NCBI GenBank assembly: GCA_034432595.1
Contig: DAOUBT010000052.1
Span: forward strand, 1-64,000
Direction of reading: 5' to 3'
Source: Anaerolineae bacterium
GTDB lineage: Bacteria > Chloroflexota > Anaerolineae > B4-G1 > SLSP01
Length of the DNA: 64,000 bases
Shown here one piece after another: positions 1 to 10,097 of the stretch (position 1 is the stretch's first letter; every line of letters begins with the position of its first letter). The translations under genes were made by a program, and so were the position numbers. The notes under the pieces were generated by a model. The model saw only the letters and a list, made by a program, of their open reading frames with translations. It was not told the origin of the DNA and ran no database searches.

Positions 1-35
1 CAACAGCAAAGATAGCATGGCAAGAGGAGGCCGCG

Positions 36-1067
36 ATGAAGACTCTGTGGAAGTTGCTCCTGATCATCGCCTTGAGTTTGAGCAGCCTGCCGCTCCACCC
101 GGTGCAGGCGCAGGGCATCAACGGGCAATACGTAGTGCAACCGGGCGATACCCTTTTCAACCTTGCCCGGCGAAACGGGATCAATGTGCAGGATTTGGCG
201 GCAGCGAACGGCCTGGATTGGCGTAATTCGTGGCTTTACGTGGGACAGGTCATTGTCATCCCCACCGCCGGCGCACCGCCCGCATCCCCGCCGCCTACGG
301 CAAATGGCGTGTATATTGTCCGCCCTGGCGACACACTGATTGGGATTGCCCTGCGGCACGGCGTCACCGTCTCTGCGCTGGCCAGCGCCAACGGGCTTTA
401 TTGGAATAGCTGGGTCTACGTCGGGCAGCGCCTGACGATTCCCGGCAGGACAGGCAGTCCCTCTCCGGCGACGCCGGCACCGAATCCACAACCCACGCCT
501 GGTGTCCATGTGGTGCAGGCCGGGGATACGCTCTTCAGCATTGCCCGGCGCTATGGAACAAGCGTCGCCGCCATGCAGGCGTACAACGGCCTGGGAAATG
601 CAAACCTGATTTACGTGGGACAGCGTCTGAAAATCCCCCCCGCCGATTATGCGCCACCGGCGCCTACGCCCGTGTCACCGCCCGCGGGCTATGGCGAAAA
701 CGGGGAAAAGTGGATTGACATCAATCTCAGCACGCAGCGCATCACGGCTTATGAGGGACGCACGGCTGTATATACGGCTCTGGTTTCCACCGGCATCGCG
801 CGCTATCCCACCGTTGTGGGCACCTTTAAAATCTACGCCAAATACCTCTCCACGCGTATGACCGGGGGCAGTGGCGCTGACTACTATGACTTGCCCAATG
901 TCCCGCACACGATGTATTTCTATCGCGGCTACGCCATCCACGGGGCCTACTGGCACAACAACTTCGGCACCCCGATGAGCCACGGTTGCGTTAATCTCTC
1001 CTTGCCGGATGCGGAATGGTTTTACAATTGGGCGCCTATTGGGACAACGGTCGTCACCCATTACTAA
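36..1067 (+). CDS. LysM-domain (x3) L,D-transpeptidase (YkuD family)
   Basis: Signal peptide, then three LysM modules (GDTLFxxA...YVGQxLxIP). C-terminal YkuD catalytic domain carries the HGCVNLS active-site motif. ATG at 36 follows an AGAGGAGG RBS. Confidence 0.85.
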   Translation: MKTLWKLLLIIALSLSSLPLHPVQAQGINGQYVVQPGDTLFNLARRNGINVQDLAAANGLDWRNSWLYVGQVIVIPTAGAPPASPPPTANGVYIVRPGDTLIGIALRHGVTVSALASANGLYWNSWVYVGQRLTIPGRTGSPSPATPAPNPQPTPGVHVVQAGDTLFSIARRYGTSVAAMQAYNGLGNANLIYVGQRLKIPPADYAPPAPTPVSPPAGYGENGEKWIDINLSTQRITAYEGRTAVYTALVSTGIARYPTVVGTFKIYAKYLSTRMTGGSGADYYDLPNVPHTMYFYRGYAIHGAYWHNNFGTPMSHGCVNLSLPDAEWFYNWAPIGTTVVTHY

Positions 1068-1172
1068 AGCGCGGGCTTACCCATGGGAGTACCTGCAGGG
1101 AACTTTCCCAGGGGCCGTGGCGTCATAACCCCATCAACCCATACGGGAAAATTCCTTTACAGGAGGTAAGCG

Positions 1173-1928
1173 ATGTTTAAACTTTCAAAGCGGAACCTTA
1201 TGGTAGGCCTGGGGCTGATGCTCCTCGCATCCCTGGCTCTGACCGGTTGCGGCGCCATCCCCAGCGCACAGGCTGTCGTGCCCGCCACCGACAATACGGC
1301 CTACACCATTTCGGTCAACGGAACGGGCAAAGTTAGCGTCACGCCGGATATGGCGAACATCAATCTGGGTGTCGAAGCCATCAATCCCGATCCGGCCCGT
1401 GCCATCAGCGACAATAACGAACGCATGACCGCGGTCATCAACGCAATCAAGGCTTTGGGTGTCGAGGCCAAGGATATCCAGACCACCAACTTCAGCATGT
1501 GGATTGAGAACATTTACGACATCAATGGGCGCGCCACGGGTGAGACCCGCTATCACGTCATCAATCAGATCAGCGTGAATGTGCGCGATATCGCCAAGAC
1601 CGGTGATGTATTGACCGCAGCGTTGAACGCCGGCGCGAACAGCGTGAATGGCATCAGCTTCACCGTTGCCGATCAAAGCCCCCTCATCGAGGCTGCACGC
1701 GCCGCAGCGATTGCCAATGCCAGGGCCAAAGCTGAACAATTAGCTAAGGGCCTTGGGGTAAGCGTGGGCAAAGTGCGCACCGTGAGCGAATACTCTTACG
1801 CCCCGATTTACGCCAAAGCAGAAATGGAGCGCTCCGCTGGCATGGGGGGTGGCGTCTCGGTGCCTGTGGAAACCGGTCAATTCGAAATCAGTGTGGATGT
1901 GCAGGTCATCTTCGACATTCAACAATAA
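1173..1928 (+). CDS. SIMPL/DUF541 periplasmic lipoprotein
   Basis: Lipobox LTGCG. The stretch ISVNGTGKVSVTPDMANINLGVEA and the overall length are typical of the SIMPL / 26-kDa periplasmic immunogenic protein family. RBS AGGAGG. Confidence 0.7.
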   Translation: MFKLSKRNLMVGLGLMLLASLALTGCGAIPSAQAVVPATDNTAYTISVNGTGKVSVTPDMANINLGVEAINPDPARAISDNNERMTAVINAIKALGVEAKDIQTTNFSMWIENIYDINGRATGETRYHVINQISVNVRDIAKTGDVLTAALNAGANSVNGISFTVADQSPLIEAARAAAIANARAKAEQLAKGLGVSVGKVRTVSEYSYAPIYAKAEMERSAGMGGGVSVPVETGQFEISVDVQVIFDIQQ

Positions 1929-1943
1929 TCCTGCAACCTATCA

Positions 1944-1975
1944 GGCCGGATGCGCTCGCATCCGGCCTTTTTTGT
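1944..1975 (+). terminator. intrinsic terminator after the SIMPL gene
   Basis: Hairpin ggccggatgcg-ctc-gcatccggcc followed by a tttttt run. Confidence 0.6.
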
Positions 1976-2089
1976 TGCTTCGAACACGTTACTCAATAGG
2001 GGCAGGCAGTTACATGGCTTTGTGGTAGAATAGCTTCCCGAAGCGCTCCTTGCACAAAAGGGACCGCTTCCAAACTCCATACTTAAGGG

Positions 2090-3709
2090 ATGACCATGTC
2101 ATCGAGAATACCGTGGTTTTTGCTGATGGTTGGCTTTCTAGGTCTGATGAGCCTGGCAGCGTGTAAAGCGCAGCCAGCCACAGATCCGGATATACTCATT
2201 GCCCAACAGGCCTGCGATTCAACGGGTGACCCGTTGGAATACTATCGCTGCGTCGAAAAACACGCGCTGGTCAATCGCAATCCGGCGGTTTGTCGTCTGG
2301 TCGGGGCAGATTTAGAAGCGCGATGCCTGCAGAACGTGTACCCAAAAGTTCAAGATGCGGCCATCTGCTCCCGAATTGAACTGGAAAACGTGCGACAAGA
2401 CTGTCAGGCCTACTACGCGGGGCAACAGGTCACCCCTTCTCCAATGCCGACCCTCACCCCAAGTCCTACGCCGACGCTATCTCCCACCCCAACGCCGCTG
2501 GGTGAACTCCCCCTGGCGCGTGTGCTACCGGCGCAAGTGACCCCACCGCCACCCACGTGGTACCCCGAACGTCCCGACGGCTCGCCGCAGCGCGATCCCG
2601 TAGCCTGGGTGCGCGCCCATGTGCGGTTGATGACCGACCTGTTGAACAGTAGCGCTGATGTCGAAGAGGCCCTGCAGCGCTATGCCATGCTCATTCCAGG
2701 ACAAGCGGCTTCATCCGTTTCCCCCGCGGCCCTGTGGTCCATCATCGCCGAATTGGACAACGATGGCGCTTACGAGTGGCTTATCAGCACGCCGCGCCTC
2801 GATCAACCCTGCCCGGATACAGACTGTCAGAGCTACGTCCTCATCTTCCGTTACCAGGAAGGCCTTTTCACACCCGTGGGCCTGCTTTCCGATGCCAATT
2901 GGCCAGAAGGCCTGACGAATCCGCGTTTCATCAGCGTTGAAGACCTTGACGCCGATGAAAAGAACGAGCTGGTTATCAGCACGCAGGTGGGAGAAGATCT
3001 GCGCATCCTTGTAGGCCGATGGAACAACGGCGTCTGGCAGAACCTGAGCGCAGACCCTATCACTTACGCCAACGCCGAAGTCAGCCTGGAAGACCTGAAC
3101 GATGACGGCCTGATCGAAATCTTGTTGCACGGCGGCGTGGTGAACGATCCACAAGCCGGGCTACAACGCCCACAAACGCGCGTGTACGGCCTTCATTACC
3201 GACGCTATGTCCAGGAAACCACCCTTCCGGACGCCGATGCGCACATCTATTACCGTACACTTGATGCCCAACGTGCCCTGAAAGAAGGCGACCTTGACAC
3301 GGCGCTGGAGCTGGCAGAAAGCGTCCTGAACGAAGCGGATTACACCGCTTACGCTCAGGTAGATTCTTACGCGGAATCGCGCATCGTCCCCTATGCTGGC
3401 GCAATTGCCATGCTTGCGCGTGCACAGCTCGATCAACCCGGCGCCGTAGCGAATCTTATGATTACCATCGAGCAGCGGTATGGTGAAAGCGGCAGTCCCT
3501 TTGTCGAGGGTGCACGCGCTTTATGGCACACCTACCGGCGAACGCAGAATCCGCGCCAGGCCTGTCAGGCCCTGGAAGAGGCTATCTTTGCCCGTTTGGA
3601 TCAGGCCAGCTTCTTTGAGCATTACGGCTACGCCACCGAAAGGTTAGATGCATGGGAAGTATGTCCGTTGGACGAAAAACCGCGCACGGCCACGCGCACG
3701 GATTTGTGA
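2090..3709 (+). CDS. hypothetical lipoprotein (PT-rich linker, FG-GAP/VCBS-like stretches)
   Basis: Signal plus lipobox LAACK, then a PTLTPSPTPTLSPTPTP linker. Contains acidic repeat-like motifs (DLDADEKNELVIS, LNDDGLIEILLHGG). No confident family assignment. Confidence 0.55.
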   Translation: MTMSSRIPWFLLMVGFLGLMSLAACKAQPATDPDILIAQQACDSTGDPLEYYRCVEKHALVNRNPAVCRLVGADLEARCLQNVYPKVQDAAICSRIELENVRQDCQAYYAGQQVTPSPMPTLTPSPTPTLSPTPTPLGELPLARVLPAQVTPPPPTWYPERPDGSPQRDPVAWVRAHVRLMTDLLNSSADVEEALQRYAMLIPGQAASSVSPAALWSIIAELDNDGAYEWLISTPRLDQPCPDTDCQSYVLIFRYQEGLFTPVGLLSDANWPEGLTNPRFISVEDLDADEKNELVISTQVGEDLRILVGRWNNGVWQNLSADPITYANAEVSLEDLNDDGLIEILLHGGVVNDPQAGLQRPQTRVYGLHYRRYVQETTLPDADAHIYYRTLDAQRALKEGDLDTALELAESVLNEADYTAYAQVDSYAESRIVPYAGAIAMLARAQLDQPGAVANLMITIEQRYGESGSPFVEGARALWHTYRRTQNPRQACQALEEAIFARLDQASFFEHYGYATERLDAWEVCPLDEKPRTATRTDL

Positions 3710-4055
3710 ATTACGGGGTGCTGGTTGATAGAGCCGTTGGTCAAAGGCATGGGGAGACACCACCGGGTTCGTTACCGCAACCGACGTCAGGATCAGCACA
3801 TTCCGGAACAAGCGATTGCAGCTCCAAATTCTGGCTATGTTCCAAATGCGGATCAACTCCGCCAGACGCGGTTATGAGTTTTCTGCATTAGGGACTTGCC
3901 CACCCGGCACAGCGAGCAGACAACAAACAACCTGACGATATGTCTGCGTGGGCCGTGCACCCCTTAAGTCTGGAACTCATCCGGTCCGTTCAACGTTTAT
4001 TGAAGTAGCGGCCCATCAACGGGCTTGCTAACTTCTAAACCCAAGGAGGAGTTCC

Positions 4056-4571
4056 ATGCGTTACCCGTTTCTACTAATCCTTTTGGCGATGGGGTTGTTG
4101 AGCCTTACGGCCTGTGGCGGAGCGATGACAGCCACCCCTGCATCCACAACGGAACCCGCACGTCCTAATCAGATGCCGCCCGCCAATCCCAACATCACGC
4201 CTCCGGTTCTCAAAGCTACTTTGACAGGGAATGCCTGGATCCTGGTCAGCTACGGATCAGTTGATGCCCCCACGCTCGCCGTCCCCAACAGCGAAGCGCG
4301 CTTGAGTCTTACCCAGGATGGGCAGGTCAGTGGCAACACCGGTTGCAATAGCCTGGGAGGAACTTATACCCTGGATGGGGAAAAAATCACCTTTAGTGAA
4401 CTGGCCATGACCATGATGGCCTGCGATGGTCCTGTCGGAGAGCAAGAGCTTGAGGTTTTAAACGGCCTCAATCATGCTGAACGCTATGTCATTGAGGATA
4501 ATCTGCTCAAAATCTTCTACGAGGGCGGTGCCAGGGTTCTGATCTACGCGGCAGATTTGCCCAAGCTGTAA
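4056..4571 (+). CDS. META-domain (HslJ-like) lipoprotein
   Basis: Lipobox LTACGG. The region WILVSYG...LTQDGQVSGNTGCNSLGGTYTLDGEKITFSELAMTMMACDG matches the META/DUF306 pattern. RBS AAGGAGG. Confidence 0.65.
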   Translation: MRYPFLLILLAMGLLSLTACGGAMTATPASTTEPARPNQMPPANPNITPPVLKATLTGNAWILVSYGSVDAPTLAVPNSEARLSLTQDGQVSGNTGCNSLGGTYTLDGEKITFSELAMTMMACDGPVGEQELEVLNGLNHAERYVIEDNLLKIFYEGGARVLIYAADLPKL

Positions 4572-4590
4572 CCCCATCTTAATCAACACA

Positions 4591-4628
4591 AAAAAAAGCG
4601 GGAGGCTTACGCCCCCCGCTTTTTTTGC
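4591..4628. terminator. bidirectional intrinsic terminator between convergent genes
   Basis: An A8 run, then a GC-rich hairpin (gcgggaggc-ttac-gccccccgc), then a T7 run. Sits between the + strand HslJ-like gene and the - strand S8 protease gene. Confidence 0.6.
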
Positions 4629-4634
4629 CTGAAT

Positions 4635-7226
4635 TTAGTACTCCGGACCGGCCCAGACGTCGCTCCAGATCACTGGCGAGTCGCTCCAGATCAGCGTACC
4701 GTCACTCCAAATCGGAAAACCATCACTCCAGATCAGCGTACCGTCACTCCAGATGAGGGTGCCGTCGCTCCAGATCAGCGTACCGTCACTCCAAATGAGC
4801 GTACCATCGCTTAGGACAGGGATAGCATCGCTCCAAATAAGTGTTCCATCACTCCAAATAAGCGTGCCGTCGCTCCAAATAGGCAGGCCGTCGCTCCAAA
4901 TGAGCGTCCCATCGCTCCAGATGGGCGTGCCGTCACTCCAAATCAGTGTACCGTCGCTCCAAATGAGGATGGCATCACTCTGGATAAGACTTCCATCTGT
5001 CCAGATGGTTGCTCCATCACTCCAAGTAACTGTACCTTCGTTCCAAGTGACTGGGCCATCGCTCCAGATGAGGATCCCATCACTCCAAATGAGGGTCCCA
5101 TCACTCCAGATTAAAGTACCGTCGCTCCAAATGGGAATGCTATCGCTCCAGATCAGGGTCCCATCACTCCAGATAAGGATACTATCACTCCAAATCAGAG
5201 TACCATCACCAGATACAGGCATACCTTCAGCTATAGCGCTCTGAATATCGCTCCAAGCCTGGGTAAGGTCGCTCCATGCTCGACCGTAATCATCCCATTT
5301 CAAGACAAAGTTAGCCCAATCAGGAATGCCGTCACTCCAGATCAGAATAGCATCATCCCATGTGGGCGTGGTATCACTCCAGATCAGGATAGCATCGCTC
5401 CAGATGAGAATGGCATCGCTCCAGAGACGAGCATAGTCGCTCCAAATAGGAATGCCATCACTCCAAATTAAAATAGCGTCACTCCAGATAAGAATGGCAT
5501 CGCTCCAGATCGGCGTACCGTCGCTCCAAATGAGGATAGCCTCACTCCAGGTAGGCAAGCCATCAGACCATATAGGGAATACCTGCTCCCAAGCCGATGC
5601 CATCCCGCTCCAGATCGGCGTGCCATCACTCCAGATAAGGATGGCATCACTCCAAATAAGGATAGCATCACTCCAGGTGGGCATAGCATCGCTCCAAATG
5701 AGGATAGCATCGCCCCAGGTCGGGTATCCATCCAGGTTAGCCCAATCCGGAGCCAGATAGGTGCCGTCCCAGGTGTAGTAGCGACCAGTCGCAGCATCAG
5801 CAACTTTGAACACACCCTCTTCAAAGTCGAAGAAGGTCGTACCCGCGAAGTGCTTTTCACCCGCGAGATCAGCTTGAATGTCAAGGCCCTTATTCGCGCG
5901 GCCAACAATGGGGGAGAAGACGGCCTTGGGCGCCCAGATGCGGCCCATGCCCTGTTGCCACATGCTGTAGAGTGTCGCTCCAGTTTCGGGATTGAAGCTT
6001 GGGCTGGCAGTCATGCTCAGGCGATATTTGACCTGATCCGGCGTGAGATCAGGATTGGCGCTCAACATCAGGGCTACCACACCCGAAGTCACCGCCGCTG
6101 CCGTCGAGGTGCCGGACATGCGGAAGTAGTTGCCCGGCAGGTTGCGATCCGGATATTGTTGCGCCAGATAGCTGTTGTTCTTCATCTCAGCAATGATGTG
6201 GGCACCCGGCGCAATGACATCCGGCTTCACGAAGCCATCCATGGTTGGACCCGCCGCCGAGAAGGGCGGAATGAAGTCATCACCGAAGTCTTCCGGCGTG
6301 TTGTTGTCGGTAAAAGCTCCCACGGTGATGACGTAAGGCGTGTTGCCAGGAACCTCAATGGAGAAAGGATCGGGACCGTTGTTGCCCGCGCTGGTGACCA
6401 CCACGATACCCGCCGCCCAGGCCTGCATCACCGCCAGATCAAAGGGGTCAGCCCAATAAGGGGTGTAGGCCCTGGCATGCATCGAAATGTTGAGGACGCG
6501 AATGTTGTACGTGGTCTTGTTCTGAATAACCCAGTTCAACCCGCGCAGAACAGAAGCGTAAGTCCCTCCGCCGGTCTCATCCAACACACGCACAGCGACA
6601 AGGTTAACAGCCGGAGCCACACCACGATATTCGCCATCCTGCGTTTCATAGACGCTATTGGCGATAATGCTCGCCATGTGGGTTCCGTGCCCGTTGGGAT
6701 CCTTAGGCGACTGATTGAGCTTGTTGGCCGCATAGAACTTGTCGTTGATGGCGTCATAATAGGCCAGGATGCGGTTGTTGTTACCAGCCCCATGCTTGAG
6801 GCCGTTCATCGAGGGGTCAATCCCGGTATCCAAAACGGCAACCGTCACACCCTGACCGAGGACACCCTGCGACCAGACCTCGTTAGCCCCGATGGTTTTG
6901 GTGAACTCCACGTCAATCGCGTTACCATTGCCGCTCGCCGCGGGCAGAGAGGCCCCTTCCACCGGACGATCCACCATCGTCGTAACGCCGGGGATACCGT
7001 TCAGCAGGGTAACCTTGGCATCGGGGACCTGAGCAACCACTGCATTGAGCGCCGCGAGTTCGGACTCAACCACGCCATCCACGGCTTGCACCGCGCCGCG
7101 CGCCGCCTCCAGGGTGACGCCGCGCACAATGACGCGTGTCCGGGCTTCAGCTTTGACCACGCCCACCAGCGTAGTCGTCACCAGGACAAGCGCCAGAACA
7201 ACGGAGAGGACTCGCTTCCAGTTCAT
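4635..7226 (-). CDS. secreted subtilisin-like serine protease (peptidase S8) with a C-terminal ~360-aa heptapeptide-repeat domain
   Basis: Signal peptide MNWKRVLSVVLALVLV and an I9-like propeptide. S8 triad motifs are VAVLDTGID, HGTHMAS and GTSTAAAVTSG. ATG at 7226 follows a GAGGAGG RBS. The ORF-track N-extension to 7262 is probably spurious. Confidence 0.85.
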   Translation of the reverse strand: MNWKRVLSVVLALVLVTTTLVGVVKAEARTRVIVRGVTLEAARGAVQAVDGVVESELAALNAVVAQVPDAKVTLLNGIPGVTTMVDRPVEGASLPAASGNGNAIDVEFTKTIGANEVWSQGVLGQGVTVAVLDTGIDPSMNGLKHGAGNNNRILAYYDAINDKFYAANKLNQSPKDPNGHGTHMASIIANSVYETQDGEYRGVAPAVNLVAVRVLDETGGGTYASVLRGLNWVIQNKTTYNIRVLNISMHARAYTPYWADPFDLAVMQAWAAGIVVVTSAGNNGPDPFSIEVPGNTPYVITVGAFTDNNTPEDFGDDFIPPFSAAGPTMDGFVKPDVIAPGAHIIAEMKNNSYLAQQYPDRNLPGNYFRMSGTSTAAAVTSGVVALMLSANPDLTPDQVKYRLSMTASPSFNPETGATLYSMWQQGMGRIWAPKAVFSPIVGRANKGLDIQADLAGEKHFAGTTFFDFEEGVFKVADAATGRYYTWDGTYLAPDWANLDGYPTWGDAILIWSDAMPTWSDAILIWSDAILIWSDGTPIWSGMASAWEQVFPIWSDGLPTWSEAILIWSDGTPIWSDAILIWSDAILIWSDGIPIWSDYARLWSDAILIWSDAILIWSDTTPTWDDAILIWSDGIPDWANFVLKWDDYGRAWSDLTQAWSDIQSAIAEGMPVSGDGTLIWSDSILIWSDGTLIWSDSIPIWSDGTLIWSDGTLIWSDGILIWSDGPVTWNEGTVTWSDGATIWTDGSLIQSDAILIWSDGTLIWSDGTPIWSDGTLIWSDGLPIWSDGTLIWSDGTLIWSDAIPVLSDGTLIWSDGTLIWSDGTLIWSDGTLIWSDGFPIWSDGTLIWSDSPVIWSDVWAGPEY
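4638..5717 (-). repeat. coding 21-nt tandem repeats encoding ~46 heptads (consensus DGTLIWS)
   Basis: Translation shows two blocks of xxxLIWSD / GTPIWSD heptads, about 19 plus 27 units, split by a ~35-aa non-repeat linker (DWANFVLKWDDYGRAWSDLTQAWSDIQSAIAEGMP). The DNA units are diverged at many positions. Confidence 0.8.
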
Positions 7227-7590
7227 AGTTAACCTCCTCAAACAAATTACCTCTGCTCTCAAAGGTAAGAATATCCTACTAACATTTTAACTTAACTTGA
7301 CGATAAAACAAGTAGTACTTAAGTACCATATCCATACCCAAAAATCGAAGGAATATGCGAATAAATTGGGGAAAAGCGTCGCCCGCCTCGCCTGTCCATG
7401 CGTTCTTTCGCGCTCAAAGTCGCAAAAAGTTAGAACGTTGCCGGCGAAGCGGGCTTCAAGCAGAGGCCTGATGCCAGAATGGTTAGAAACAGGTTGAGCA
7501 ACCCTTTTAAGGATAAGATTCCCGTGGATAAGGAATGCTACTGGATTCCAGCACTGAATTTGCGAAGCTCCGTCAGTCACCCGAATTGAT

Positions 7591-9110
7591 TTACGGGTTT
7601 GGAAGCGCGTTGAGGGCTTCGCGACATTCGCACGCGGTACGGGTTTCCTCGCCACGTTGTAAGACGCCATCGTAAGCGGTGGTGGTGGGAAGCGCGCGCC
7701 ATCCGCTAAGGATTAACGGCCAGCGCGGATCGAAAGCGGCTATCCACACGCCGTTGTAACGCCGCGCAAAGTGCAGATGGGTGGCGTTCGCTGCCCCACC
7801 TTCGCAGGACGGATGACCAATCGGATCGCCAACCTGCACGGTCTCGCCTGCCGCGACGCGCCCATCACTGCGCACATGAAGGTAGAGAAGCACCCAGCCT
7901 GAACCGGCAAAGCCGTCCTCATCCAAATCGAGCAGCACCATGCCCTCATCGCTGTAAATGATGCGCCCCGGCGCCGCCGCGCTCGCCCAATCTTCGCTCT
8001 GATAGCAGCCCAGTTCCGTGCCCGCAGGGACAAAATCCAGCGCAGCCCAGGCGCTGCCCTCATCCCAACCGCCATGCGGCCCGCCGGTGAAATACCAGGT
8101 CGTGCCACGCGGCCAGGGCAAAGTAAGCTCTGGTGCAGGGGCATCCGGGAGCAAAGGTTCGATGGCGTAACCCCACGGATCACCGAACCAGCGTTGATAG
8201 ACATCCAACAAGCCTTCTGGGCTGAGCCAGGTTTCCCAGGTGCGCACGTCGGTGCCTTGCGCCAGGGCCCGTTGCACGCCCGCCGTTCCGGCGTTCAGGT
8301 CTTGCACAAGTTGTCGTCGCTCGCCGCCTGCAAAGACAACCTGCTGTTTTTCACCGCGCAGTTGGGTGTAGAAGCCAGCGTTGAGTTCATCCGCTGCCAG
8401 GCTCAGTTGAATCGAAAGCTTGTCCCAACCGTTAACACGGTAGCCCATGGGAAAACGCAAGGCGTCGGTGGAAGGATAGGGATTGCTGAGAGCGCCGGCG
8501 CGCAGTTCAAGCAAGGCCAACAGGACACGCGGCCCCACGCTGTACTGCAGGGCTATCTCCTGCACAATCTCCGCACCGGTCTGGGTGCGACCATAGGTGG
8601 TTTCGCGATAGGTACTGAGCCAACCCGGCGTGCTCTCAACAAAACTGAGTACGTCAAATCCCATGTAGCCCGGGCCATAGACCAGTTCGCTATCGGGAAT
8701 CAGGGGAAGCGCAGGACCATAAGTCACACCGGCCAGCGGAATCCATAGGGGCTGCCCGGGGATAAGGTTTTCGGGCTGAATACCCGGATTGACGGCTATC
8801 AGTTGATCTACCGTCAGGCCATAGGTCTGAGCAATGGAGAAAAGTGTGTCGCCACTGCGCACGGTGTAAGTGATAACATCCGGCATAGGTGTCGCCGTTG
8901 GAGTCGGGGAAGGCGAAGGGGGAACGGGCGTAACTGAGGGACGCGGGGCAAGAGCGCTCGCCGTCGCGGCGACGGCGGTGAGCGTCGCTTGCGGAGCGCC
9001 GGAAAGCGTTGTGGGGGTGACGGCAGGCGCCGCGCACGCGCTGGCCCCCATCAACCCAACCCAAAGCCCTGCCACGACCAAGAGCCGCCAAAAACGTGAA
9101 AAACGCATCC
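7591..9110 (-). CDS. LysM-domain M23 family metallopeptidase (lipoprotein)
   Basis: Signal/lipobox MRFSRFWRLLVVAGLWVGLMGASAC, a PS-rich linker, a LysM module (VRSGDTLFSIAQTYGLTVDQLIAVN), and a C-terminal M23 HxH motif (ATHLHFARRYNG). ATG at 9110 preferred over the ORF-track extension to 9426. Confidence 0.8.
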
Positions 9111-9132
9111 TTTTGTCTCCTACATGGGCGCA

Positions 9133-9160
9133 AAAGAGCGGGCGGGACTTGCCCCGCCCG
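9133..9160 (-). terminator. possible intrinsic terminator downstream of the DegV gene
   Basis: On the - strand, hairpin agcgggcgggg-caagt-ccccgcccgct followed by cttttg. The T-tract is weak. Confidence 0.35.
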
Positions 9161-9178
9161 CTGTACGCCGTTGGGATG

Positions 9179-10060
9179 TTAGCTCGCCGGAACGAGCGGG
9201 GGCAATTCGGGATAGGCCTTGAGCGGCGCATACACCAGCCCCACCAGACCCACACCGGTGTGCGCCCCCAGGACCGGAGCAACCACGCCGGTAGGAAGCC
9301 AGTGACATTCAAAGCGCGACTCCATGGTTTCGCGCAACAGTTCAACGGCTTCGGGGTTCTGGGTATGCATGATTTGTATCCGCAGGGGCGTGCCCGGATC
9401 GCAGTCCTCCGCAACCACGTCCGCAAGTTTGCGCACGGCTTGATTGAAGGCGCGCACCTGCCCCCGTTGATAGTACATGCCCGTGTCTTTGGTCACCCCA
9501 ATGATGGGCTTGATGTTGAGCACGGAAGCCAACAGGCCTTTGATGTGGCTGATGCGCCCACCATGGATGAGGTATTTGAGGGTCGGCAAGGTGTAGATGG
9601 TCTCGGTGACGCGCGTGATTTGTTCGAGCATGGGGATGATGCGCTCGACGGGCCAGCCGGCCTGAGCCGCCCGCGCTGCCGCCTCGACGTGCCACCCTTC
9701 CGCGCCGGAAAGGGTTTTGGTGTCGTAGAAAGTAACGTGCGCTTCGGGCACCATTTCCGCACCGCGTTGTGCCGAGTTCAGCGTTCCGCTCAGGCCCGAT
9801 GAGATGTGAACCGAAAGGATTTCCGGATCTTCTTGCGCCAGTTTGCGGTAAAGTTCGGCAAAGTCGCCCGGCGAAGGCAGGGATGTGGTTGGGAGCGCCT
9901 CACTGGTTTGAATCAAGGTGTAAAATTCATCCGGCGTGATGTCTTCCCCACTGCGGTAGGTCTTGCCTTCAAAGGTTAAAAATAAAGGGGCGTAGTGGAT
10001 GTTTAGCCCTTTTGCTTGTTCGGGCGTCAAATCCGCCCCCCGGTCAGTGACGATAAGCAT
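9179..10060 (-). CDS. DegV family (fatty-acid-binding, FakB-like) protein
   Basis: N-terminus MLIVTDRGADLTPEQ and overall similarity to the DegV/EDD fold family. Size about 293 aa. Confidence 0.8.
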   Translation of the reverse strand: MLIVTDRGADLTPEQAKGLNIHYAPLFLTFEGKTYRSGEDITPDEFYTLIQTSEALPTTSLPSPGDFAELYRKLAQEDPEILSVHISSGLSGTLNSAQRGAEMVPEAHVTFYDTKTLSGAEGWHVEAAARAAQAGWPVERIIPMLEQITRVTETIYTLPTLKYLIHGGRISHIKGLLASVLNIKPIIGVTKDTGMYYQRGQVRAFNQAVRKLADVVAEDCDPGTPLRIQIMHTQNPEAVELLRETMESRFECHWLPTGVVAPVLGAHTGVGLVGLVYAPLKAYPELPPLVPAS

Positions 10061-10097
10061 CTCTTTCCTCCTCTTGAATCTGGATCATCTTCGCTTT

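Noticed and set aside
3710-4055. 345-bp intergenic region with small ORF 3652..3891
   Set aside because: No RBS or conserved motif was seen. It likely contains the promoter/leader of the HslJ-like gene. No structured RNA was recognisable by eye.
4753-7232. + strand ORFs 4753..5244 (VPSLQ repeats), 5452..5760 and 5850..7232, opposite the S8 protease gene
   Set aside because: They are antisense reading frames of the heptad-repeat and S8 coding DNA. They have no RBS, are low-complexity, and the protease frame on the - strand has clear catalytic motifs.
9111-9426. N-terminal extensions in the ORF track (for example 7591..9426, 18404..19264, 14806..15801, 13635..14882, 37828..)
   Set aside because: Internal start codons preceded by good RBS sequences, signal peptides, or translational coupling with the upstream gene give more plausible starts. 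The extensions overlap neighbouring genes.
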